Position numbers and translations under genes: made by a program | Shown here: positions 39,250 through 52,990 of the stretch, in pieces | Position numbering within the stretch: the stretch's first letter is position 1 | Layout: each line of letters opens with the position of its first letter | The notes under the pieces: model-generated | The model's database searches: none | Told to the model about the DNA's origin: nothing | What the model saw: the letters and a program-made list of their open reading frames with translations, nothing else | Assembly (NCBI GenBank): GCA_964016885.1 | Contig: OZ024745.1 | Location: 92,938,001 to 93,002,000 of the forward strand | Direction of reading: 5' to 3' | DNA: 64,000 nucleotides | DNA from: Eledone cirrhosa | Lineage: Eukaryota

Positions 39250-39542
39250 TGTTGGTACCACAACATCCAGTCCGAAACAAATGAGGTCATGTAGGTGTCA
39301 CGACAAAAAAACACACGGTCCACGCTGTAATGTGGCCGTGTAGGTAGTAACACGGTAAAAACCTCCCAGTCCATACTGTAAATGTGGTTGGTGTTAGGAA
39401 GGGCATCCAGCCGTAGAAAACCCGCCAGACAGTCCTCTGCGAGCAAGACAACCACTCTTGCCTCAAGTGGGAAAACTTCCATCCAAACCCATGCAAGCGT
39501 GGAAGATGGACGTTAAACGATGATGATGATGATGATGATGAT
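39250..39542 (+). mobile_element. RTE family-3 3' UTR fragment
   Basis: Matches 7610-7897. Confidence 0.85.
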
Positions 39543-39975
39543 TGAACTTATTAACAATTAATTTCATTCAGAACAAATATATGTTACTTGATTGTATAAA
39601 ACTTTTAAACATTCAAATAATTTTTTATTCTTCATTCTTCACCATCTTAAAGACAATTATTGAAGTTCATACCCATTTTACTTTTATTTAAAAACATTAT
39701 TTTATATAATCAAATCTAAATGTAGGAATTTTCAAATTTTTAAATAGTTTTATATATTTATATATATATATATATACACACACACACATATATCTATAAA
39801 TTAATAAAAACAAAGAAACAGTTCCTTATATTAAAAAATTCATCATTTTACGATCGTTTCTATGATATATATGTGTGTGTTGGTATGTATATCATATAGA
39901 TCTATGTAAAAATTTTACAAACTATCAGGGGAAATATACATACCTACACATATATATGCTGTCTTCAGAAATAAT

Positions 39976-40352
39976 TGTTTCTATGTTAGGCACAAGGCCA
40001 GCAATTACCAGTGCATTACTGGTACTTTATTTTATTGACCCCGTAAGGATGAAAGGCAAAGTTAACCTTGGCGGGATTTGAACTCAGAATGGCAAGGGCC
40101 GTAACTCTATACGTCAAAGCACGGTGTCCGACCCTCTACCAATACTGCCAATCTCAGAAATAATTGTTTCTACTTTAGGCACAAGGCCAGCAATTACTCA
40201 GTACATTACTGGTACTTTATTTTATCGACCCCCGTAAGGATGAAAGGCAAAGTTAACCTTGGCAGGATTTGAACTCAGACCGTAAAGGGATGTAACTATG
40301 CTAGAAAGCATGGCTTCCAACCCTCTACCGATACTGCCAATTCACCCACGCC
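39976..40352 (-). mobile_element. Two OR-like SINEs in tandem
   Basis: Copies ~39976-40150 and 40165-40352, bounded by repeats of TCAGAAATAAT. Confidence 0.85.
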
Positions 40353-40680
40353 AATCTCAGAAATAATGATATTTGTTTATTGAAAAAAAACCAACAAAGA
40401 TTTAATATAATAGGTCTGTTTGGGAACAGGTTTTGAATTGACCAATAGAAAAGTAGTAAGTGGTCAAGTTGATAGAATAGTAGTAGTAGAAATTTAATTT
40501 AGGGGTAGAGGAATGCAGACTTAAGTTTTGAATGGAAAGACTACTTTGAATGAAAGGATTACTTTGGGGATGAAAAGACGTCATATATATAAATGAAGTA
40601 ATTCCATCGGAAAGGTAGAGGAAAAAAGAGTCCTCTATGTGGGTTTTCAAATCCATATTTAATAAAAACACCAGGTTTTT

Positions 40681-40759
40681 TTTCATTCTGAAGCAAATAA
40701 ATCTGCTTTCAGACTGAAAGCAGATTTATTTGCTTTCAAGAAACCACTGGTAAATGAAA
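40681..40759 (+). ncRNA. Hammerhead-like motif with a perfect 22-bp stem II and variant core
   Basis: tttcatt-CTGAAGC..(hairpin 40691-40735)..-GAAA-cca-c-tgg-TA-aatgaaa; stem I 7/7. Confidence 0.6.
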
Positions 40760-41375
40760 TAATTATCTTATGTTGTTTATTACATAACTAATATATATAT
40801 ATATATATATAGTGTATATAAATACTTGCGTGTATATGTATATATATATACATATACACACAAGTATTTATATACACTTATATAAATACTTGTGTGTATA
40901 TGTATATATATATATATATACATATACACACAAGTATTTATATACACTGAGAGTTTGTCCTTCAATAAATTTTATACAAACCTTAACAAAATTTGAAAAC
41001 AACCAAATGTACTATAACCATCACTATATAGGTGTGAAATACCAATTACTAACTGAAAAAAACCCCCCAAACAAACTCCTGGACTAAGGTTTTTATTCTC
41101 GATCTTGAAAGTACAGTACATTGTAAAATATGTCCCTCTTACGGACTGCTCCTTCATAGCACATGTGAGCCCAAGTGAGCTCATGCATATTTTGCAAAAA
41201 ATTCATGAAAGAAATTAGTCTCTGCACAAAAGGTTAGTAACATAAAAAATGTAGTTACAAATAATGTTATTTATTATACATGTAGTTTGCACATAGTTTT
41301 GTCACTGGAAAATAAAATTGCACAACAAGATATCTTTGATTATACTAACTATTAAGAGGAAACATTGCATTACCC

Positions 41376-42056
41376 TTAACCCTTTAGCATTTAAACCAGC
41401 CGTATCCAGCCAGAATTCTTTCACCATTTTCTGTTCAAACCGGCTGTTACTTGTCACTCATACTGATGTTAAAGTATTGTTATCAAAATAAATAATATCA
41501 AAATCTCATAGAGTCCATATTATGTGAGATAACTATGTGAGGTAAAGCTTTTACTATGAAAATACAATAATATATATATATATATATATATAGATTAATC
41601 ATCATCACCGTTTTATGTCCATTCTTCCACGCTAGCATGGGTTAGACGGGTTGTCCTGTTGTGGCAATGCCAGGTCAGGTGACTATGTCTTGCTCATACA
41701 GATTCTGGCTTGATTTCTACAGCTGGATGCCCTTCCTTAGAGCAACCTCATTTACAGTGTAGACTGGATGCCTTTTTACCATGGCACCTACATGACCACT
41801 TTACAATGTGGACTAGGTACCTTTTTACCATGGCCCCTACACAACCACTTTACAGTGTGGACTGGGTACTTTTTTTACTGTGGCGTCTACATGACCACTT
41901 TACAGTGTGGACTGGGTGTTTTTTTTTACTGTGGCGCCTACACGACCACGTTACAGTGTGGACTGGGTGCCTTTTTACCGTGGTGCCTACACGACCATTT
42001 TACAGTGTGGACTGAGTGCTTTTTTCGTGACAGCACTGTAAATGCTAAGGGGTTAA
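41376..42056. mobile_element. piggyBac-like MITE, family 1, with nested RTE 3' UTR (~41598-42037, -) containing ~6 tandem 48-bp units
   Basis: TTAACCCTTTAGCATT...AATGCTAAGGGGTTAA; RTE tail and repeated ACCACTTTACAGTGTGGACTGGGT. Confidence 0.8.
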
Positions 42057-42467
42057 GTAATATTTTGTATTGAGACAAAATATTTTTTGATCCCAAGTTC
42101 TGCAACTTAAGACATTTATAAATACATTCTAGTAATTATTGATTATCTTTAAATCTATTTTTTTAAATATTCTATTTGGCTATACCTGATTACCATATAT
42201 GTTATATGTTCAAAGTATCAATACCGCATCTTGTTGAAGTATTATCTATGAAAGTAGGAAAACTACAGGAAGTCATATCTTTTCTGACTTTCTCTTTCAT
42301 TGTTTTTACATCTATATACTAACATATCTAACAACTATCGGCTAATAGTTTGAATCTTACCATTATTACTGTGTTTCGTCTCCTTGGAAACACTACGTAA
42401 CTTGTGATAACTCAGTTTATTTATTAATAAACTAAGAAATAGCAGAATGTTAGGACATATAAAACGT

Positions 42468-42673
42468 TTAACCCTTTAGTATTTAAACCGGCCATATCCA
42501 GCCAGAATTCTCTCACCTCTTTCTGTTTAAACCCCCTGCTCATACTGATGTTAGTGTATTGTTCTCAAAATAAATAACATCGAAATCTCATAGATTCAAT
42601 GTTATGTGAAGTAAAGCCTTTATTGTGAAAATATAATAGTAAATATAGAGTAATGTAAATGCTAAAGGGTTAG
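42468..42673. mobile_element. piggyBac-like MITE, family 1
   Basis: TIRs and internal similarity to other copies. Confidence 0.75.
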
Positions 42674-43069
42674 AATTTTGTGAAGTTGCAGTCCAGCTCT
42701 AAAATCCGCCTATGACTAGCATTATTATCTTTGACAAAAAGACTGTGATGATGATGATGACACTGATGACACCTACTAGTATCATAAAATTGAGTTCTCT
42801 CACAGTTTTAGAAATAATCAATCATTATAGATATAAAAATAATTAGTATGTTTAGCAGGAAATTGGAATTGGCTGTCTGGGTGAGCACTATGTATTATTG
42901 GCCTTGTCCATCTAACCAACAAGCTATTATTTTTGAGTGGTGTCATTCCTGATCATAAGCTAAACAGTGCTACAAAATTACTACTGGATTTAATTACCTG
43001 TGTTTAACTAATACATATATTCTGGAGGTGATTTATTCCTAATTTGTTTAGTAACATAGCAGCTGAAGG

Positions 43070-43293
43070 TACAAGGTGTTGAAATGTTCCTGGCTTTGAG
43101 TAAAATAAAATACAGGGTGATCAGATCAGTTAATTATGATTTTATTCTACACATTCCCTTCTCAGATTTACACACTTATTACAGCGGTCGTTCAATTTTT
43201 CTAAACCCTGTAAAAAGAACTCCTCAGTAAAGGTAACAACTCTACGCTTTTGCAATACCCTTAAAGCCAGGAACCTTTCAGCACCACCTTGTA
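43070..43293. mobile_element. mariner-like MITE
   Basis: TA-CAAGGTGTTGAAATGTTCCTGGCTTT / AAAGCCAGGAACCTTTCAGCACCACCTTG-TA. Confidence 0.75.
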
Positions 43294-44856
43294 CATACTG
43301 GCCCAGTGGACTACAGGGTTCAGTAAAAGGAAATAATATAAGTAAGATCTTTGTTTAGAGACACATGATAAGACAATGATCGAAGTGTGTTGCTTAGCAT
43401 AAGTTTAAAGACCAGAGCGTGGATGTGACTGTTATAGTAACAACAAAATATAGCTATAGCTTGGTCGTGAACTTAATAGCTGTGAGAGTGTTTGTTTTAT
43501 CACCAAAGAAATAGTTTGTCATAATCATGTACTATATTAATATAAAGTCTGTTGTCAAGGATTCAACAAATTTTAGGTCATAAAACTGTGTCAGTTCTGT
43601 TGGTGTTAAGATAGTAAATTGAGAATGTTTTCCAGAAGATTTCCCTGAAGAGTTAAACCTGTTATGAAGAGTTAAACTTTTCTTCTTTTATTTTACTTCA
43701 TCTAAACAGAAGGAATGGTAAAAAAGCTCCTTTAACTTTGAAACACAACATGCGTTTGATTTAATAGTATTATATTTTAATAAGTTGTGCAATTTTAATT
43801 GAAGAATTCAAAGAAGCCTCTCATATAATATTATATATTGATCGGAAAAGGAAGTTTTTAAGAATTTTTAATTGATATTGTTTATATAAGTAGTTGGATT
43901 TACTTTTTTCTTGTTTCCCTTTTTTTTTGTTTTTATATTCTTTCCTCATTGTACAAATATGGACTTAATGGATTTGATTGTTTTTAAAATTTCTTATTTA
44001 CTTGAATTGTTGGTAAAATTCTCTAGATATTTCTTCTACAAGGTCAGCAGGAATTGTTTATGACTCAATGCTGATTTTTGTTGTTGTTTTTTGTTTTTTT
44101 TTACAGAAGAAAGTCAAACAAGGGAAATATATAGAATAGTTTCACTCTTGTAATTATTTTGATTGTATAATATTTGTGAGACACATTTTTTCAGGGAGAG
44201 GGGGGGGGGGGTTGTAAAAACACGTGACTGTCCTTTCCGTGAGTCATACTACATTTATTCTATGGACTTATTTGTTGTCTACAGTGACAGTTTCATTAGA
44301 GGTTTTTTGGGGGGGGTTTTTTTAATAGAATAATAAATTAAGTAAAAGTTGTTTATCTTGATAATTTTGTTGTTGTATTTATATATTTATTTATTTTAAG
44401 TATTCTGTCATCTTGAAATTATTTTATTTATTTGCTTTTAGTACTGTTACACCAGTGAAAACTAGGTCTTTGAATTCATTTGTCTCATATTCTGGGCAGT
44501 AATATATATTAGTGCCCACTCCAACTTCCACAAACATATACACTTAGCTTTAATTTAATTGCAATTAGATCTCGTACGATAAAACGCAGTTTTGTGGGTG
44601 TTTTGTGACAGAATATGAAGCTATAAAAATGTCTAAATACAAATTATGTGTACTACCCTTTCAGTTGTAAGTCTAAATATTGTTATGATTAACTTTACTT
44701 GTCTGCTATATTTATTTTTAACCACTTAGTCAGGAAGAAGGACAGTATTCATGACACTTTTTCAGGAGCCCTGCAAAGACTACTGAAATGTGGAGGGAGG
44801 ATGGTATCCCCAAGCCAGAGGCCTGGTTCAAATGTTTGCAATAGAGTGAACTCTAT

Positions 44857-45062
44857 TTAACCCTTTAGCATTTAAACCGGCCAGAATTCTCTCACCTCTT
44901 TCTGTTCAAATCGGCCGTAACTGGCCACTCATATTGACATTAAGGTATTGTTCCCAAAATAAATAATATCAAAATCTCGTAGATTCAATATTATGTGAGG
45001 TAAAGCTTTTACTATGAAAATACAATAGTATATATAGAGTAATGTGAATGCTAAAGGGTTAA
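44857..45062. mobile_element. piggyBac-like MITE, family 1 (further copies ~45802-45997, 46085-46294, ~48968-49185)
   Basis: TTAA-CCCTTTAGCATT...AATGCTAAAGGG-TTAA. Confidence 0.8.
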
Positions 45063-46697
45063 GGCACCCAATGGCAAAGTGATATTGTTAAAGTGGGCAC
45101 CAGGGAAAGTTTACCATCCAAATAGACCATGATAGGATTTAAACACAGAATGAAAAGAGCTAGAACAAAATATTGGGATCCATTCAAATCACTATATTTT
45201 TGCAACTAACGAAAATAATAGTAGTTGCTATAAATGGTGTATAATGGTTGAAATCTTTTTGTTGCTTTGTTATACTAAAATAAGCTTTGCTTTTCTTCAC
45301 TTACAATGTTAGATTTAGTTTACTAAATTTCACGCACAAAGCAACCTGAGACTATGCTAGAATGTGACATGTGAGATCAAACCCAGAACCACATTGTTAG
45401 AAAGTAAACTTCTGAACCACACTGCCAATCTAGGACAATATATTAATATGTGCCTTTTGGATGGCTTTAACCTTCCAAGCTTTTATAGGGAGAGCATGAC
45501 ATTCTCTCAAGAATATCAAAACATGAATGTTGAGAAGAAAAATTTCTTCTTGAAGAAATGGTACAAATGATCCTCTACTTTACATTGTAGAATTTATCCA
45601 CAATACCACAATATGTGACTCAAACAGTCTTCTCCAAGCATAACATACTAAAGTTGACAATGTATACTCCAAAATAACCTGTAGCTCAACATCTCTCAAT
45701 AAAAACACACTAACTCTGCTCAATCTCATTTTTTACAAAACTCACTAGAAATCAATTACGAATTAGGTTTATAAACTGATCTATTCAAAAATTGTCTTCA
45801 TCCCCTTAGCATTTAAACCGGCCATATCTGGCCAGAATTCTCTCACTTTCTGTTCAAACTGGCTGTAGCTGGACGCTCATACCGATATTAAGGTATTGTT
45901 CTCAAAATAAATATCATCAAAATTATGTGGAATAATCATGTGACGTAAAGTGTTTACTGTGAAAATATAATAGGAAATATAGAGTAATGGAAATGTTATG
46001 TCCCAGAGAAGAAATCTAAAGTTTACAAAATCATCTTAGACAAAGATAGAAAAATATTCATGAGATTAACAAAATTCAGTTTCATTAACCCTTTAGCATT
46101 ACTCCATATATATGATTGTATTTTCATGGTAAAGACTTTATCTCACATAATATAGAATCTATGAGATTTTGATATTATTTATTTTGAGAACAATGCCTTA
46201 ACATCAGTATGAGTGGCTGGTTGCGACTGGTTTGAACAGAAAGAGGTGAGAGAATTCTGGCCGGATATGGCCAGTTTAAATGCTAAAGGGTTAAATGAAC
46301 AAATCACCAAAAGAGAAGAAAAAACATTTTCTCCTAAAAACATGCCTTGGAATGTTTTTAATCAACCTGAGGTACTTTTCAAAGGCTTTCTAGCAAGTGG
46401 TAAGCTTTCCCAAAACCTGAGAAAAGGTTTAAAACTGTTTCTTATCCATACGAAGGGAAACAAAACATATTTTAAATATTACAATTTTATCCCTGTTTTC
46501 ATATATCAACAAGTTCATGGAACAAATTGTTAAATAGAAAATGGTTACTGTCTTAGAGGAGAATAATAACTTGCAAAGTGATATTCAGTATGGCCTTCCT
46601 CCCAGTAGAGTCTGTCTCACGCAGCTATGGCAGCATTAAAACTGGATGTTAACCCTTTTGTTACTATATTTCTAATGAAATACACACTACCTATATG

Positions 46698-48594
46698 TCA
46701 TCATCATCACCGTTTTATGTCCGTTCTTCCATGCTAGCATGGGTTAGACGGGTTGTCCTGTTGTGGGCAGTGTCCGGTTGGCTGACCTTGTCATGCTCAT
46801 ACGGGAACTGATTCTGGCTTGATTTCTGCAGCTGGATGCCCTTCCTAACTTCATTTACAGTGAGTGCTGGGTGCTTTTTTTCCGTGGCGCCTACACGTCC
46901 ACTTTACAGAGTGGGCTGGGTACTTTTTTGTTGTGGCACCTCCACGACCACTTTGCAGTGGGAGGGTGTGAGGGAATATTGTCTATATGCTTCAGCTTCG
47001 GCTTGTACCCGTGGGGGTCGGGTCTTCTGTATTACTGTGTGAGGCCAGAGGTCACGGTCGTGTGTCATCGCCTTTGAGAGGTGTAATTGGGTAAGGTCAG
47101 CTTTTATCACCTCATCCCAAGTCGTCTTGGGTCTCCCCACTCTGCGGTTTCCATCGACTTCTAGTGCTCTGCACCTTTTTATGCTGCTGTCATCCTTCAT
47201 ATGCATCACATGTCCATACCAACGCAACTGCCTCTCCTGCACACAGCATTTGATTCCTCTTATGCTCAGTCTCTCTCTCAATTCGTTTATGCTTTGCTAT
47301 TCGCGTATATTACTATTACACATCCATCGGAGCATGCAGGCTTCATTTCTTTCTAATCTACGCAAGTCTTCTGCAGTCAGCGCCCAGGTCTCACTACCAT
47401 GCAACATCGCTGTTCGGATACACGCATCATACAGCCTTTCATTTTGAGGGAAAAGCCTTTTGCAGCTAGCAGTGGCAGTAGCTCCCTGAACTTCTTCCAT
47501 CCCGTTCTTACCCTAGTTATTGTACTTTCCAAACACCCACCTCCAATGCTAATTCGGTCACCTAGATAGCAGAAGCTGTCTACTGTTTCTACAGAGCCCT
47601 CCCAGAGATTGGTGGTACTTGTTTCCTGTGTCTGTTTGCTGCTTGCTGTCCCAGCACAGCTGCTACATGTGAAGCCTACATTCTCAGTTAAGCTTCCTGA
47701 GATCCCACTACATCTCTTGTGTACCCATTGTTTGCATTTGGGGCAGAGAATGGAGTTCCTACCTACACCTTTCCTACATACTGAGCAAGGCCATTTCCCT
47801 GAGGGGATCTGGATTCTGTTTTCTCGTCTACTTACAAGGACCTTAGTCTTTGTCAGGTTGACTTTGAGACCCTTTCTTTCTAGTCCCTGCTTCCAAGTTT
47901 GGAATTTCTTCTCTAGTTCTACCATAGATTCAGCTATAAGTGCAAGGTCATCTGCATACAGGAGTTCCCATGGGCATTCGGTCTTAAACTCCTCTGTTAT
48001 TGCCTGCAGGACTATGATGAACAGGAGAGGGCTAAGAACAGAGCCCTGGTGGACACTGACCTGTACGCTAAATTCCTCGCTATACTCATTGCTAATCCTA
48101 ACTTTGCTGACTGCTCCCCTATACATGGCTTGTACAGCTTTCACAAGCCATTCATCTACTCCTAGTTTTCTAAGAGCCCACCAGATTATAGCACGGGAAA
48201 CTCTGTCAAACGCTTTCTCGAGATTGATGAATGCCAGATAGAGTGGCTTACTTTTAGCTAGGTACTTTTCCTGTAACTGCCTCACAAGGAAGAGGGCATC
48301 AGTGGTCCCTCTTCCTGGCACAAACCCAAATTGCATCTCATCTAGTTTCACCCGGTCCCTAATCAACTATGCTATAATTCTTTCTGTTACTTTCATGACC
48401 TGGTCCATCAGCTCTATACCTTTATAGTTTCCTCTATCTAGTGCATCACCTTTACCTTTGTAGCAGTTGACAATGATGCTACTGCACCAATCCTTTGGTA
48501 TGACCCCTTCTAGTATTACCTGGTTAACAATACGTGTGGTTATAGTGTGACCTACCGACCCAGATGCCTTCAGCATCTTGGCAGCTATACCCAA
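46698..48594 (-). pseudogene. 5'-truncated RTE LINE (family 2): RT domain to tail, inserted into a family-2 MITE (46649-~48740)
   Basis: ORF 47377-48366 QFGFVPGRGTTDA..LEKAFDRV..HQGSVLSPLLF..YADD..CPKCKQWVHKRC; stop codons and frameshifts. Confidence 0.93.
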
Positions 48595-49849
48595 TTCATT
48601 TTGAAAATTTGAAGAATTTAACTAGATAATTAAACTTTTCATTAGTAAGCTGATGTCTGAAATTCTCAAATAAAATTATGATGGAAGGCTTTAATATAAG
48701 TATGAACATTTCAAAATGAGCAGCTGTATTTATCATATAACTAAGTAGATACTGAACCAAATTTCCAGCGACTTTTAACAAAGCTGAAGTCAACAATTCA
48801 GTGTAAAGTACTGTACATATTTGAATATAATTCCCCCCTTTTAATGTCTGAGAAATGGGCAAAAATCCAAACCTTGTTTAAAAACTGGGGCAACTAATCA
48901 ACACATTATGGCATGGTTTTGAAATTCTCATGAGTGGAGAAAACATTCACAAAGTTTTAATATTTTGATATTTAAACCGGCTATATCCAGCCAGAATTCT
49001 TTCCCCTCTTTCTGTTCAAACCATTCATAACTGGCTGCTCATACTTATATTAAGGTATTGTTCTCAAAATAAATAATTTCAATATCTCATAGATTCAATA
49101 TCATAAGAGATAATTATGTAAGATAAAGTGTTTACCATGAAAATACAATAGTTAATATAGAGTAACGTAAATGCTAAAGGGTTAAAAGGTTTTAAGTGCT
49201 GTTTAGAGTATATTTTTTGTTTTGCAAATAACTAGTTAAATGAGATCAACTTAGAGAACACTGTATAAGGATTCAGAGTAGATGTTAAGGGAGAGACAGC
49301 AAGCAAGAGAGAGGAGATGCAGAGAGAGAAAAAGAGAGGGTGAGATCAAGAGAAAGGAAAAAAGAGAGAGTGAGAGAAATGAAACAAAACAAGATTGAAA
49401 GAAAAAGTATAATTTAAGTCACAGCGAAATATAGTTACTACACGTGTGTATATATGTATGTATGTGTGCGTGTATGTGTATATGTGTACAGGGTATTTAT
49501 GTATTAAAAAGTTTAGAGAATAAAAAAATTGCTGGCAATGTTCTCAAGGCAATGCATAAATAAAACTCATGACGATATAGTATATGTAAAAAAACAGTGT
49601 TTCATTATGAAAAAAATTGGATACACCTATTTAATATCTTCTATAAAAATAAAGGCATTGTATGGATAAAACTCTTTCATTCACCAAATAAAATCTGGTC
49701 ATGAAACACTGCCTCAAAACATCGTGACCAACATCATACCAGTAAGGAAAACAAGGCATAAAAATGATGTTAGTGATGATGATATATTCATGTGTGTATA
49801 TCTGTATTTGTGTGTGTGTGTGTGATCATCATCATCATCATCAGGCATC

Positions 49850-51880
49850 ACAACAAAATGCACCTAGTTCACACTGTAAAGTGGTAGTGCTGGTGTTACA
49901 ACAAAATGCACCTAGTTCACACTGTAAAGTGGTAGTGCTGGTGTTACAACAAAATACACCCAGTCCACACTGTAAAGAGGTAGTGTTGGTGTCATGATAA
50001 AAAGCCCCCAGTCTACACTGTAAAGAGGTAGTGTTGGTGTCATGATAAAAAGCCCCCAGTCCACACTGTAAAGAGGTAGTGTTGGTGTCATGATAAAATA
50101 CACCCAGTCCACACTGTAAAGAGGTAGTGTTGGTGTCATGATAAAATACACCCAGTCCACACTGTAAAGAGGTAGTGTTGGTGTCATGATAAAATACACC
50201 CAGTCCACACTGTAAAGAGGTAGTGTTGGTTTCATGATAAAATACACCCAGTCCACACTGTAAAGGGGTAGTGCTGGTGTCATGATAAAATACACCCAGT
50301 CCACACTGTAAAGAGGTAGTGTTGGTGTCATGATAAAATACACCCAGTCCACACTGTAAAGAGGTAGTGTTGGTGTCATGATAAAATACACTCAGTCCAC
50401 ACTGTAAAGTGGTAGTGCTGGTGACATGATAAAATACACCCAGTCCACACTGTAAAGGGGTAGTGTTGGTGTCATGATAAAATACACCCAGTCCACACTG
50501 TAAAGAGGTAGTGTTGGTGTCATGATAAAATACACCCAGTCCACATTGTAAAGTGGTAGTGCTGGTGTCATGATAAAATACACTCAGTCCACACTGTAAA
50601 GTGGTAGTGCTGGTGACATGATAAAATACACCCAGTCCACACTGTAAAGGGGTAGTGCTGGTGTCATGATAAAATACACCCAGTCCACACTGTAAAGAGG
50701 TAGTGTTGGTGTCATGATAAAATACACCCAGTCCACATTGTAAAGTGGTAGTGCTGGTGTCATGATAAAATACACTCAGTCCACACTGTAAAATGGTAGT
50801 GCTGGTGACATGATAAAATACACCCAGTCCACACTGTAAAGTGGTAGTGCTGGTGTCATGATAAAATATACCCAGTCCACACTGTAAAGTGGTAGTGCTG
50901 GTGTCATGATAAAATACACCCAGTCCACACTGTAAAGAGGTAGTGCTGGTGACATGATAAAATATACCCAGTCCCCACTGTAAAGTGATACCACTGGTGC
51001 CATAATAAAAAGCCCCCAGTCCACACTGTAAAGTGATAATGCTGGTGTCATGATAAAATATACCCAGTCCACACTGTAAAGTGGTAGTGCTGGTGTCATG
51101 ATAAAATACACTCAGTCCACACTGTAAAATGGTAGTGCTGGTGACATGATAAAATACACCCAGTCCACACTGTAAAGTGGTAGTGCTGGTGTCATGATAA
51201 AATATACCCAGTCCACACTGTAAAGTGGTAATGCTGGTGTCATGATAAAATATACCCAGTCCACACTGTAAAGTGGTAGTGCTGGTGTCATGATAAAATA
51301 CACTCAGTCCACACTGTAAAATGGTAGTGCTGGTGACATGATAAAATACACCCAGTCCACACTGTAAAGTGGTAGTGCTGGTGTCATGATAAAATATACC
51401 CAGTCCACACTGTAAAGTGGTAATGCTGGTGTCATGATAAAATATACCCAGTCCACACTGTAAAGTGGTAGTGCTGGTGTCATGATAAAATACACTCAGT
51501 CCACACTGTAAAATGGTAGTGCTGGTGACATGATAAAATACACCCAGTCCACACTGTAAAGTGGTAGTGCTGGTGTCATGATAAAATATACCCAGTCCAC
51601 ACTGTAAAGTGGTAATGCTGGTGTCATGATAAAATATACCCAGTCCACACTGTAAAGTGGTAGTGCTGGTGTCATGATAAAATACACCCAGTCCACACTG
51701 TAAAGTGGTAATGCTGGTGTCATGATAAAATATACCCAGTCCACACTGTAAAGTGGTAGTGCTGGTGTCATGATAAAATACACCCAGCCCACACTGAAAG
51801 GTTAGAGTGCTGGTGCCATGATAAAAATACCCCAGTCCACCCTGTCAGATGGTAGTGGTAGTACCACAATAAAATGCACT
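49850..51880 (+). repeat. 48-bp minisatellite, ~42 units, with 192-bp higher-order periodicity, expanded within an RTE/SINE 3' tail (tail ends ~52050)
   Basis: Unit GTGTCATGATAAAATACACCCAGTCCACACTGTAAAGTGGTAGTGCTG; CACTCAG variant at 192-bp spacing. Confidence 0.95.
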
Positions 51881-52427
51881 TGGTATATGCTGTGACATGG
51901 TTGGCCTTAGGAACGACATCCAAATGTAAAGACCATGCTAGAATGAAGAATATGAATAAGACAGTCATCTGACCTGTCTAACCATAGTATCTAACAATGT
52001 GTCTGACCCATGCAAGCATGGAAAATAGATGTAAATGAATGACGAGGATGTTGATGTATGCATACCTATATCTCTCTCTATATATATACTTACATATATA
52101 TCTGTGTGTGTGTGTAGATATATATACACTAACACACATATACCCACAGCTATATATATATAGAATCAATTTGTCTGTTTATATTTCTATATATAAATAA
52201 TGTCTATATTTCTCCAGTTTTAATCACCTCTATCAGATATGTCTTGTGCAGTTCTGGATAATGTTATTTGCTGGATACACAAGTAAACAAATAGAATACA
52301 ATTATTGTTGCACTATTTTGAAATGTTGCTTCGAATGTGTTAAACAATACTTCAGGCCCTTGCACAAATTAAAAAAAACCCCAAAACAACATAGCAGTGT
52401 TGTGATAAAGTTTTTGTCTTTTCTCTA

Positions 52428-52990
52428 GTGGACAGTGGTGGTGGCTATGGTAGTGGTGATTGTGGTGGTGGTGGTGGTGATGTTAGTGTCAGTGCTGATT
52501 GTGGTGGTGGTGATGGTGGTGTTAGTGGCAGTGGTGGTGTTAGTGTCTGTGGTGGTGGTGTTAGTGGCAGTGGTGATTGTGGTGGTGGTGGTGTTAGTGT
52601 CTGTGGTGGTGGTGGTGGTGGTGTTAGTGTCTGTGGTGGTGGTGATGGTGGTGGTGGTGGTGTTAGTGGCAGCGGTGATTGTGGTAGTGGTAATTGTGGT
52701 GGTGTTAGTAGTGTGTGTGTTAGTGGTGGTGGTGGCAGTGGTGATGGAGGTGTTAGTGGTGGTGGTGATTGTGGAGGTGGTGGTGGCAGTGGTGATTGTG
52801 GTGGTGGTGGTGTTAGTGGTCGTGGTGGTGATTGTGGAGGCAGTGGTGGTGGTGGTGGTGGCAGTGGCAGTGGTGATTGTGGTGGTGGTGTTAGTGGCAG
52901 TAGTGGTGGTGGTGGTGGTGTTAGTGGCAGTGGTGGTGGTGGTGGCACTGGTAGTGGTGATTGTGGAGGTGGTGGTGATGGTGGTGATCA
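52428..52990. repeat. Degenerate (GGT)n trinucleotide tract
   Basis: Direct inspection; similar tracts at 2460-2780, 26510-26740, 28600-28920, 60240-60770. Confidence 0.95.

Noticed and set aside
43690-44160. Possible host exons (GGAATG|GTAAAA at ~43712; ttttACAG acceptor at ~44106)
   Set aside because: Isolated splice-like motifs with no supporting reading frame or recognisable protein
49850-51880. Possible CRISPR array or repeat protein
   Set aside because: No unique spacers and no cas genes; it is a contiguous tandem unit derived from a retroposon UTR in eukaryotic context
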